64,000 bases of DNA from Heteronotia binoei (Eukaryota): positions 2,170,001-2,234,000 of the forward strand of contig NC_083234.1 in the NCBI RefSeq assembly GCF_032191835.1, written 5' to 3'. The notes beneath the pieces were generated by a model. The model had not been told where the DNA came from and ran no database searches. It was given only the letters and a program-made list of their open reading frames with translations. Both the position numbers and the translations under genes were made by a program. Of this stretch, positions 52,901 through 64,000 are shown in pieces (position 1 is the stretch's first letter; every line of letters begins with the position of its first letter).

Positions 52901-55900
52901 GCTTACCTCGTGCCTTTGTACTCTCTTTGAGGCACCGGGCCAATGTATTACCTTTTTACTCAGGCCTTTCTAACTATGGGGGTGATTTTTAACACTGCTG
53001 TTACAGTTGTCAGTGTGGTTTTAGGGTTGAGTTTTCTCCATTTCATGGGCATCTCAGGATGGTTCTCTGGAGAGGCAGCATGGGGCTTTTCTAAAAGGAC
53101 TGAGACGTGGCCTTCGGTGGATGTGGGGGGAAATACTCTGGGGTGTTGCACAAGTCAGTGTGGCATGCCGTGGCACAAGCAGGTGCTTGGTCCTGGGGTG
53201 TTCTCAGTGCTGCTTTTTTTTCTCTTGCAGAAACCCTCTTGGGATTTGCCACAGTCCCACTGAACTCCACCTCCCAAGAGCCACGAGGGCAGCAGCAGTA
53301 CCAGCTGAATCCCAGGGCTGGCCAAAGGCTGCCCCCTGCCGCGGCCTTGATGGTGGAGGTGAGATGGGGGTGGAGGCTTGAGGCCTGGGCTGAGATGCCC
53401 CCCTGAGCTAACTGGGTGGAGTGGTCCAAATGCATTGCTTAGCTGCCTTCTCCTCTTTCCTTGCGTTTGGGGAGTATTTTTGAGATTCCCCCTTCAGTGA
53501 GAGATGGGCGGATGCTAAAAGACCAGCAGGAGGGAGGAAGAGCTGCAGCTCAGACCCCTCCCTCCCAGGCCGGCGCTATTGAGGTCACATCCTGCGGGAG
53601 TGACGTGGGGCTGGTTCTGCTGAGCACCCGCTGTCCTGTGTGCCAGCTTGTCTGATGGTGGTCTTGCCCCCGGTGCTTCTTAGCTGCTGTACCAGGAGTC
53701 ACCAGAGCTTCAGCCGGGGCTGCGCACCAGCATCACGCCCACCAAGAAGGTCGAGATGGACCGCACCATCATGCCGGATGGCACCATCGTCACCACAGTC
53801 ACCACCGTCCAGTCCAGGCCCAAAATGGACTGCAAGCTCGGTAAGGCCTGGGGCTGGGCCCTTCGCTAGGCAGCGTGATGAACCTCCTCTCCCGTCAGTG
53901 GAAGCAGAGGAGCTGCATGGCCAGCGGGGGGAGCAGGTCTTGGAAGCCCCTCCCCCACTGGCTCAGCCGTCACCTGCTGATTTCGAGCAAAAGTCACACT
54001 TCCAGCTAGTGTTCCAGAAGGTCAGTGGGAAGGCAGGAAAGCGATGCACACTGGGACAAAAAATCCCAGCTTCCACTATAGGCGACTGGGGCTGAGAGGG
54101 GGAAAGATCTTGGGGGCATAGTGGAGACCTCCATGGAGTCTCAGCCCAGAGTGCTGCAGCAGTGATAAAGGCAAGTGCCAAGTTAGGGATTATTAGGAAA
54201 GGGACTCCATATAAAACGGCCACTATTGTAATGCCGCTGCATTCGGTCTATGGTGAGGCCTCATTTGGAATCCTGTGTCCAGTTCTGGCCACCATATCCC
54301 CAAAAGGACACTGCAGGCCTGGCAAGAATATGAAAGAAGGCAGCCAAGATGATTTGGGGATTGGAGGAGGAGTGATTGCAGAGTCTGGGACTTCTCAGTT
54401 TAGAAAAAGAGGACTAAGGGGGGACATAATTGAGATTTATAAAATTCTGTATGGGGTGGAGAGAGTTGACAACCAGGAATTTTTCTCCCTTTCCCAAAAT
54501 ACTAGAACTTGTGGGCAATCAATGGAATTTATGGGCAGTAGGTTCAAGATAGACAAAAGGGAATACTACTTTATACAGAGTGGATAAAATGTGGAATTCA
54601 CTGCCAGAGAATGTAGCGATGGCCACAGAAATAAACCACTTTAAAAGGAGATTAGAAAGATCCATGGCGGAGAGGTGGCTACTAGCCTGGGTGACTGAGG
54701 GGAACCTCCACATTTAGAGGCATTAAATCTCTGAATCCCAGAACAGCCAGGAGGCAACTTCAAAGGAAGGCCTTGGCCTCTCTGCCCTGTTGTTGGCTCT
54801 CCAGAGGACTAGATGGACTCTCCCTGGCCTGATCCAGCTGGGCTCTTCTGATGTTCTTCTCAGGGGAAGGCCTTGGCCTCTCTGCTTTTTGTTGGCCCTC
54901 CAGAGGAACTGGTTGGCTGCTGTGTGAGACAGGAGGCTGGACTAGATGGACCCTTGCTGGGCTGACCCAGCAGGGCTCTGTTTATGTTCTTTAGGGGAAG
55001 GCCTCGGCCTCTCTGCCCTTTTGTTGACCCTCCGGAGCAACTGTGCGGGGCAGGATGCTGGGCTAGATGGACCCTCCCTGGTCTGACCCAGCAGGGCTCT
55101 GCTTATGTTCTTCTAGGGGAAGGCTTTGGCCTTTCTGCCCTGTGGTTGATTGTCCAGAGGAACTGTTTGGCTGCTCTGTGAGACAGGATGCTGGTCTCGA
55201 TGGACCCTCCCTGGTCTGTCCCAACAGGGCTCTTGATAACATTCTCATCTATGTCTGTGTTAGAGCCAACAGCCTTTGTTAAAATGCCGCTCCTGATTCC
55301 CACCAGGTGCTTGCAGGGCAGTGCTGGGTTCCGGGAGCTGGCCTGCCTGTTTGCCAGGGCTTGTGGGGGGGAGGGCCTTGAGTGGCAGGCATCTTTGAAG
55401 GGGGGGAAGAGCCTTGGAGTTTGCCAGTTTGTTTTTGGTTTGGGGCGGGGGTGTTTCTCAGCTGTTCTCTCCGAGTGGGACCAGGCAGGGCCGACAGCCC
55501 CGAGCTCTGTGGAACCAGTGATGAGGAGATGGGGCGGGAGAGGGCCAGTGAGGGGGAGCTTGTTCATTCCTTCTGCACTGCCCCTTCCTCCAGATTCGCC
55601 CTCAAGATCCCCCTCAAAGGTGGAAGTGACGGAGAAAGTGACCACCGTGCTTCCGGAGAACAGCTGCCCCAGCAGCGCCTCGCCCACCAGCAGCAGTAAG
55701 TTGCCCAAGAAGGGAAGGGTGAAGGAAGGGCAGATGTCCTGCTGCCCTTCACGTGCTTGCTCTCTGAGGTGAGGCCAGCCAGCCATGGGGGGGGGGGGGG
55801 AACAGCGCAAAGGCCAGCCACAGCCATGGCCTCTTTGGGCAGAGTGGGAGAGATTCCCCAGCCCCTTGGAGCTCTGCCACCAAATGCCTGGACTTGAGGG

Positions 55901-56958
55901 CCCCTCGGGTGTCCCTTCTGCCTTCCAGGAAGCAGCCACGTCTCGAATGGCTTGGACCCTGTTGCTGAGACAGCCATCAGGCAGCTAACGGAGGCCACCA
56001 ATCGGCCGGCCAAGAAGACGCCCACCAAGCGGAGCACCCTCATCATCTCCGGGGTCTCCAAGGTAGCTGGGGGCTCATGGGCTTTGGGGAGGGGAGGGGG
56101 GACGCATTTCCCATTGTCCTTCTACTGGCCTGTCCTTTTGTTGGGCCCCCCAGGTACCAATTGCACAAGACGAAATGGCTCTCTCCCTTGGCTATGCTGC
56201 ATCCCTGGAGGCCACGCTCCGTGAAGACTCCCTTATGGCTGGCATGCTGGACCACACTCAGAGCACTGGGGAGCCAGAGGCCTCCTACTCGGCCCACAGG
56301 GCCAGCCAGGAGCTGGACGAGACCACCCGCTCGGACATCTCGGAGAGACCCTCGGTGGAGGATGTGGAATCGGAGACTGGCTCCACGGGGGCTCTAGAGA
56401 CCAGAAGCCTGAAAGACCACAAAGGTGAGGGCAGGGGTCTCCCCAGTCCCTGCAGCAGCCCCCCCCCCCCCCCGGCAGGTTTTGTCCCTGGATTCCTGGG
56501 GCTGCAGCTCTCGGGGTGGGTGGTATGGGGTAGAGCAGCAGCGGCACCTTCCCTTCTGAGCAGGCAGGCCTGCTGTACTCTGGAGGGCCCAGGCTGATTG
56601 CGGAGGCTGTGCTGGGTGGGAGAGGAGCCTGAGCAGGGAATGGCCTGTTCCCAGCCGGTGCCCAATCCCTGGTCAGGGAGAACGGGTTGCCGTCCCGTCA
56701 TTCTCCTGGTCCTCTTTGCCCCTTCCCTCTCCGGCTGCAGTGAACTTCCTGCGGAGCGGCACCAAGCTCATCTTCCGAAGGAAGAACAAGCAGAGAGAAG
56801 TCGGCCTCAGCCAGTCCCACGACGACTTGCCAAATGCCAGCGCGAGTTCTGCCCCCAGGAAGAAATCCGGCAGCTTCTCCCGGCGTCTCATCAAGCGCTT
56901 CTCCTTCAAGTCCAAGCCGAAGGCCAACGGCAGCACTTTGGCCATGGACAAGCACTGA
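43957..56958 (+). CDS. C2CD2L: C2CD2-like / TMEM24 ER-plasma membrane phospholipid transfer protein, 14 exons, 671 aa
   Basis: Exons 43957-44211, 48702-48797, 49390-49509, 49719-49829, 50868-50981, 51178-51298, 51827-51950, 52323-52387, 53231-53358, 53684-53840, 55594-55695, 55929-56062, 56154-56424, 56741-56958 sum to 2016 nt. Motifs [46 protein letters not shown] and [21 protein letters not shown] are present. Candidate ATTAAA at 59811-59816. Confidence 0.96.
50050..50300 (-). mobile_element. Squamate (Sauria-like) SINE
   Basis: Shares blocks (GATTTATATCCCGC, CCCTGTGAGGT, GGGGAATCAAACCCAGTTCTCCCAGATC) with the element at 60300-60706. The family name is from recall, not a search. Confidence 0.6.
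54162..55245 (+). mobile_element. Degraded CR1 3' fragment followed by four diverged tandem tail units
   Basis: CR1 ORF2-like peptide ([28 protein letters not shown]) at 54162-54660. Units starting GGAAGGC at 54765, 54865, 54996 and 55118 are the reverse complement of the 134-bp DPAGT1 array unit. Confidence 0.8.
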
Positions 56959-57857
56959 GCAGTGGCCGCCGCCGCCGCTGCTGGAAAGCAGGACCCTCTT
57001 TGTCGATGCCTCTCCCACTCCGTCTCTGCACCACAGCCTCCGTCCCTCCTCCCTCCCCAGCAAAGGAGTGGCTGCCAGAGCCAGCCTGGATGGTTGGTGT
57101 GGCTGTTTGGAGCTCTTGCTGCGTGGCAACTGAGTGCCGTGGCCCCCCTGTGTGGAGCTGCTCTGGGGCGAGGGACGCACAGGCCCCCTGCAGCCGGACA
57201 TGGAATCTGGGGGGGAGGGGGATCTCCCTCCTCTTGGGTGAGACATGCGCTAGGCACCTCAGCTGGCTGCAGGCCGGGCTCTCGGGCGGGGGACATGTGA
57301 GGGGGGGGTGCTCCTGGGCCTTCTTGAGAGACGGCTCGGTCCCTGGAGGGGAGGCCAGCTGCACTCACCTGCTCGGGGGTCTCTGCCTTCCGAGAGCCAG
57401 CCTGTGTCTGTGGGGCATGAGAAGAAGGGAGGCCACCAGAGTGGAGAAGGCGCCAACTTTGGCCAGAAAGGGGGAGGAGGAAGTGGCTGTCTTCTCCATG
57501 TGCAGGTGACCCTTCCTTCACCTTCACCAACTGGGTTCGGCTTGACCAGGAGCCCAGAAAAGCCCGGGCCATGTCCAAAGGCCTGCCACTCATCCAGCAG
57601 GAGGAGAGAGCATTCTGGGATGGATGGGAGGCTGCTGCTGGTGCTCTTGTCCCAAAGGGAGGCCTGAAGCCCCGCTGGTCTCTCTCCACGGGAGGGGGGC
57701 AGGAAGAAGGCTGGTCCCTCTCTGCAGGTGAGGGGGGGGAGGCAGTGGCCCTTAGGGTGGGGAAACAAGCTCTGGGGTCACCCCAAAGTCAGTTCTCAGG
57801 TTTTGCAAGAATTGCAGAAGGCACTGGGTAGATAGAAAATGCCTTTCCTCTGGGGGC

Positions 57858-57858
<1 letters not shown>

Positions 57859-57891
<33 letters not shown>
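57859..57891. repeat. (GT)16 microsatellite in the probable C2CD2L 3' UTR
   Basis: Direct reading of the sequence. Confidence 0.95.
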
Positions 57892-57892
<1 letters not shown>

Positions 57893-60299
57893 CTGCAGGC
57901 AGTTCAAGGGGCCTGATGGGCCTAGAGAGGTCTGTCTGTTGGGGGTGGGGTAGCTAAGCAGACTGCACGGTGCACAGCAGGGACGAGGTTGCTGCCAGTC
58001 TTGAAGCCACAGCGTCTCCCCCCCCCCCTCCGAGTTCTCCATTTCTTCCCCCTTGGGAGCCTTCGCTGTCCTCTCCCCCCCTGATGCCCCAGGCTGGACT
58101 TGGGGAGGTGGTGGGAGCTCGTGCTGTGAGGGGCTCCTCCTCTTGTCTTCCCTTTCAGCCTGGGAACTGAGAAGGGAAAGACCGTGGACTGAATGAAATC
58201 TTGCAGCAGGAGGTGCTGGAGAGAGACAGCCAGGCTTGCCCTGAAGAGGAACTTGGGGGGCGGGGGGGGGGGAGAGGGGTTGATTTGTGCTAGGGCTTGC
58301 CGGTGGGCTGAATGTGCAACCGAAGCCTGCAGGCGGGGCTGCTGGTTTGGTCTTGGAAATGTGGGTCAGAGTATCAGGTTCCCCAGGGAAGAAAAGCAGT
58401 GATGAAATACCCCCTGGGGAGGTCTCCCTGACAGACAGGCAGGCGCCTTTCCCTTGGGTGTCTCCTTGGGCTGTGGGGTGATGGGAGCAGCAGCCCACAC
58501 AGAAGCCCGCAACACACCTGTGCACGCACCACCTTTCCCACTGGTATGAGCCCAGCTGGATTTGTGGTTTGCATGTTTCAGTTCATGTAACACTCCCTGG
58601 AAGGGGCTGGGCTGGGCGCCTCCATCCTGTGGTGGAGGGAGCCAGGCTGGGGGTGCGAAATCACATTTTTGACATTGACCCTTATGGCTCACTGCTTCAG
58701 GGGGCAGCAGCTGTTCTGTTTAGGAGCAGACTCTGCCAGTGTGCCTGAGCAGCAGGTTGGCATGGGGGGGCACGTTGCCCTGGGAGGGGGTGCCTGGGCC
58801 TGGCATCCGATGGCTGTGGAGACAGCTTCTGCCGGGTGTGCAGGCCTGACCGTGTCCCTTGGCTCAACTCGCATCTAGTCTGAAAACAGTCTGAAACAGC
58901 CGTGCTGCCTTTCCCAGCACAGGTTTAGCTCAGGAGCAGAAGTGCCCCCCCCCCCATGTGTCTGAAAGGAGGGCTGCTGAGCAGGGTGAGGAAGGGATCG
59001 GCTGTGCAGGCTCCTCCGTTGGTGACCATCAGGTCAAGTGAAGTTGGCATCTGTCCCCAGCACTGCAGCTCAGATGCCACAGAAGGCATGGCCTTGCACA
59101 GGCCTGGCAGCCGCACGGGGGAAGGGGGTTCAGCAAGCCTCTTGCGAGCTCAAGAGAGCCAAACAAGCCCCAAGGAAACCAGCGTCATGTATATTTGTGA
59201 GCTGCTGCAGTGAACATGTGCAGGGAAGGAGCTGACTCCCCCTCTGTCTTTTCTGCCTGCGGAGAAAGGGCCTCTTCTTCTCTACTGTTTGCTCAGAGCG
59301 ACTGGGGGGGGTTGTCAGGTTTCCATCCCCAGTGCCAGCATTGGACTGCAGGGGCCTTGTCTGGTGTTGCTGGGTGACCGGGACGGGAGGCAGTTGCCAA
59401 AGGAGTACCTGCTGGGCATCATTGCTGGAGCCTGTGCCCACCCCACCATCTCTCCACTGGGCATCAGTGACCCTTGTCATGCGGTAGGGCAGAGTGAGTG
59501 CTGGGGGGCGGGGGCGGTGGATAAAGCAGTAAGTGGGGGGCAGGCTTCTCCCGACCGGTGGGGTCAAAGGAGGCACATGGCAGCGAGCTCTGCCAAGGGG
59601 GAGCCCCTTTAGGGGGGACCCAGGCCTGACCCTCTTTCCCCCTATCCTTGTGGTGCCCCTCGGCCTATCCCGAGGCCTCCTCTGTGGGTGGAGTCTTGTG
59701 ACCCCGGCTCTCTTAGATGGAGCGAACTAGGTAGGCCCCGCGTAGCTCTTCCAAGGCCTGGAGCGGGCGCGTGTGTTGGGAGAGCTCCGCTGCTGCGTGG
59801 CCTTTAACTTATTAAACCTCGTGGGAACCACCTGCGCTCCGCTGCCTCCCGCCTCTCTTTCCTCGCCGGCGCCTGCGCAGCTCAGGCCGCGCCCTCCACG
59901 AGCTCGCACGGGGGGGGGGCGGGCCTCATGCTGGCTGCGTTGTGGGAGTTGTAGGACGGGGGGGGGGTCTGTCGCGCTCATCGACTTCCCTCCTACGGGG
60001 CGGGGGGCGCGGCTGGCCGGGACTCAGCAGCCCAAGCGCCACAGTGGGGGGCAGCGCGGCCGGCCGGGCCGCTTTGCTCCAAGGGCTTTGCGCTTCACTC
60101 GTAGCCCACCTGGCCCACGGGGGTTGATGCAGGCCCCAGCCTCGCCTCTGCCTGGCCGCCACACAGCCCCGGCGAGCGACTGGCCAGGAGGAAGCCCAGC
60201 AGCCGGCGGCTTTGGGCCCCTCGTGCTTGCCCCAGCTGTGCGTTTAGGGGCGGCGAGGCGGGCGGCGCTTGACTTGTAGCCCAGTGGGCTTGAGCGTCC

Positions 60300-60706
60300 A
60301 AAAGGATTGTAGATTTATAGCCCGCCTTTCTTCCTGAATCAGAGACTCGGAGCTGCTCACAATCTCCTTTGTCTTCTTCCCCCACAAGAGACACTCTGTG
60401 AGCAATGTTCCCTCTAGGCTGTGGAGTTTTGTGAGCAAACATTCAATGTTGTGAGCTCCTGCATAGATTAGTTTGCTCTGAGATTTTCCCTGAGCGAAGA
60501 CAAAAGGTGTGAGCCAGGGGCTACAAAGCTGAGCTCGCTCACACTAACTCAGTTTAGAGGGAACAGTGCCTGTGAGGTGGGTGGGGCTTTGAAGGACAAC
60601 TCCTGCGAGAGCTCTGGCTGACCCAAGGCCATTCCAGCAGCTGCAAGTGAGGAGTGGGGAGTCAAACCCGGTTCTCCCAGATCCGCACACTACACCAAAC
60701 TGGCCA
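60300..60706 (-). mobile_element. Sauria-like SINE interrupted by a hAT MITE (60403-60568)
   Basis: MITE TIRs CAATGTTCCCTCTA / TAGAGGGAACAGTG (same family as 30322-30515, opposite orientation) with 8-bp TSD TCTGTGAG / CCTGTGAG. Removing the MITE restores the SINE seen at 50050-50300. Confidence 0.8.
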
Positions 60707-60946
60707 TACCCGAGGCACAGACAGCTACCTGAGACGTGGCCCCGGAGCAAAGCGGCGAGAGGCAGTCCGGTAAAGGAAGATGCTGCCTGCAAGAAACGTT
60801 GCTCCAGACGCCGGCGGTCCTGCTCGCTTGGGAAAGCTCCCCCTCCACCCCCCAGCGCAGCGGGTCCCTCCGCCTGCAGTTCTAAGCCCTGCAGCAGCAA
60901 AGGGCAGGCGCCCCGGGCCGCCCCCTGGACAGCACTCGCGGGAATC

Positions 60947-61416
60947 CTGGCTGCCAGGTCGGACTCAAGAAATCTTTGGAGGCGGAGCCAGGAGCGAGGG
61001 TGCGAGTCAAGCGCGACTGAACGCCGAAGGGAGTTTTGGCCACCCCATTTCAAGGGGCCTTTAAAACGCCTTCCCTCCTTTGGGAAGCAATGAAGAGTAG
61101 GGGCACCTTTGGGGACCCATAGAATTGGACCCCCCCCCCCCAGTCCAATCTTTTTTGAAACTTGGGGAGTTTTCTTGAGGAGAGGCATCAGACGCTATGC
61201 TGATAATTTGGCGCCTCTGCGTCAAAAAACGGCCCCCAAGAGCCCCAGATACCCACGGACTGACTTTCCACCCTAAGGGAACCGGTCTCCATAGGGAACA
61301 ATGGAGTGCCCAGCAGACATCCCCCCCCCCCCCCGCTTTCTGATGACCCTGAAGGGGGGGGTGGAGAGCCTCCACGCCAGGGATCCCCTGTCCCCACCTG
61401 GGGGTCGGCAACCCTA
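60947..61416. mobile_element. Probable non-autonomous DNA transposon remnant with GGGTTGCC-type termini
   Basis: Degenerate left end CTGGCTGCCA and right end GGCAACCCTA. A related fragment lies at about 48270-48330. The internal sequence resembles a repeat recalled from gecko genomes (not verified). Confidence 0.45.
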
Positions 61417-62125
61417 ATCTCCCAAGCAGTGCGCGGCGGTGCGTGAGAGCGCCTCCCTTGCTGCTGCCACGGAGTTGGTTAGTCTCGGGGGTGCGGCTCT
61501 TTCCTGTTCCTTCTTTGCACATTCTGCGAAATGGCCGAAATGCGGGGGGGGGGGGGGGGGGGCTTCCCAGCAATTCATAACCTTTTCAGGTCAGCCCGTG
61601 CTCGAGAGGGTGTCCGTGAAAAGCCAAAGCAAGGACACCGCATCAAGCTCCCGCGAGTGCGTGGGAAGGAGGTCCCCTTCTGGGTCAACAGGCCTCCCCC
61701 CCCCCGGGCGTCGACGGGGCCACTCTCTCTCTCTGGCGCGCGCGCAGGGGCCTCCGAGGAAGGGGCTCTAGAGCACGTCGGGCCGGAGTTTCCCGCGCAG
61801 GTGTGGCGGCAGCTGCTGCCAGAGTCCCGCTCCAAGCGGCGCCAGGAGGAAAAGCGGCGCCTGCAGCGGGGGGGTGGGGGAGGGCCGCAGAGGGTCATCG
61901 GCCGAGCAGCGCCGGGCCCTCCTGGTGAGGCCCGCCCGGGGGCTGGGGGCGGCCCTCAGAGCCTTCCTGGGCACGGCCCGCCGGCCTCCCCTCCCTAAGC
62001 AGCTGTGCGGGTGAGCGGGGGGGGGGACTGGGCCGCCGATCCTGCTCCGCTGCTCAGGATGCCCGCCGCTCCGCCGCGCAGCAGGGAGGAGGCGAGGCCA
62101 GGCGGCAGCAGGAGGGGCGGCGCGG

Positions 62126-62139
62126 ACTACAACTCCCAG
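62126..62139 (+). promoter_or_regulatory. ZNF143/THAP11 SBS motif in the BACE1 CpG-island promoter
   Basis: ACTACAACTCCCAG matches ACTACAnnTCCCA and is preceded by a GC box (GGGGCGG). Confidence 0.7.
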
Positions 62140-62290
62140 GGATCCTTCCTCAGCCGCGCCGCGCCGGGCCTTTCCGCCTGCCTGCCTGGCCATCCGGAGC
62201 GCAGCGGCGCCCTCGGCTCGGGGCCCGCGGAGGAGCCCGCCTGATGCAGCGGCTGCCCGCCCCGTCGAGTCCCCCGGGAGCCTGGCCTGA

Positions 62291-62812
<522 letters not shown>

Positions 62813-64000
62813 TGAAGGAGAGGCGCATGAAGCGCCCGGCGAGGGGAGGGGAGGGAAGGAGCCTGTGGAAACGGCTGCCTCCACTCCACATCTCTTGGGC
62901 GGGATCTGAGGGGCTTCTTGGGGGTCTGTCTGTGCTTGGTGCTCCTGAGTCCCCCAGGCTGAACCTGCGGAGCTGCCTTCTCCCCACTGGGCCGCCCAGC
63001 CCAGCACTGATGCGGCATCTCTCTCTCTCAGCCCGAGGCAGAGAAGAAGGCTCTCCCTCTGGCCTGGTCCCCGAACGCTCCAGAAGCTACTGCTGTGTCT
63101 ACAAGGCAGCAGAGGCCGGCGTGCAGCCATTGTGTGCTGGGCTGGGGGGCCATCAGGCTCCCCTCCACTGACCTCAGCACTGTCTCTTTCCAGCTCCCTC
63201 CCTGTTGTGATGACAGAAAGCTTGGAGTGCTGCCGCCGAAGGGGATGTGGGCTGCTGGGGGTGGGGGCAGCAGAACCTTTGGGTCTTGAGTCTGGTGCCT
63301 GCAGTCACCACAGAGCGGCCCTAATTCTGTTCCTGGATTGGGCCTTATGTCTGCGTCTTCTCACCAGGCTTGTAACAAGCCCGAAGTACAAGCATGTCAT
63401 GCAGCCCACTCCTACTCATAAGGAGTTCTGTTTGTGTGGGACTGAAATGTTTTGTGCGCACGCTTTGCGATAGAGGCAGTAGCTCAGCGGCAGAGCATCT
63501 GCTCAGCGTGCAGAAAGTTGCAGGTTCCATCTCCAGCATCTCCATGTAAAAGGGCTGGAAAGACCTCTTGGAGTGCGGCTGCCAGTCTGAGTAGGCAACA
63601 CTGATCTTGGCAGACCTTGATTCTCAGGCAGCTTTCGGTGTGTTCTCATTCCAGCACGTGGGTGGGATGCGCAGGGCCAGTCCATGGGACCAGTGGGTGG
63701 GAAGCGGGAAGTGGATGGAAGTGGAATGTGGACTTGGCAAGAGCCATTCAGAATCCTGTGTCTTGGTCAATGTTTATGAAGGGGCAGATGTACCCCCCCC
63801 CACAGAAAAGCCCAGCAAGAATGAGCAAATGTACATCCACTCCAGCAAATGTACATCCACTCATGCCCCCCCCTGCAGCGACCCCCCCCCTCCATCAGTC
63901 CCAGCTGCAGCCGCTGTGATTTGCTGATTAGTTTGAAGCATTAAGTCTATTCCAGAGGATTAAGGGAAGCTCTTCTGAGGTCAGGATAAAGGGTGCCCCA

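Noticed and set aside
60647-61093. 148-aa ORF as a novel gene
   Set aside because: It spans a SINE end, GC-rich filler and a probable DNA-transposon remnant.

Overview
GC-rich vertebrate genomic DNA from a squamate reptile, probably a gecko judging by the CR1/SINE/MITE families. It is orthologous to human 11q23.3. Gene order: HYOU1 (-, first two coding exons, runs off the left edge) | VPS11 (+, complete, 16 exons, 936 aa) | HMBS (+) | H2AX (-) | DPAGT1 (-) | C2CD2L (+) | BACE1 (+, exon 1 only). All exon boundaries were placed by hand and are phase-consistent. The most unusual feature is a complex rearrangement at about 10.9-27.4 kb. A 3.4-kb block carrying both the VPS11 last exon and the HMBS promoter/exon 1 is directly duplicated. 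Between the two copies lies an inverted copy of VPS11 exons 2-14, of which 5.06 kb has been replaced by a young CR1 LINE. The two direct copies decayed reciprocally: copy 1 keeps the VPS11 3' end and copy 2 keeps the HMBS 5' end. A 4-kb G-rich minisatellite occupies the dead copy of VPS11 intron 15. Other highlights are tandem amplification of LINE 3' tails at three loci, a strongly Lys-depleted H2AX (K15Q) with no histone stem-loop, two U12 introns, and a C2CD2L-BACE1 adjacency not seen in human. Identity values are by-eye estimates and no database searches were run.
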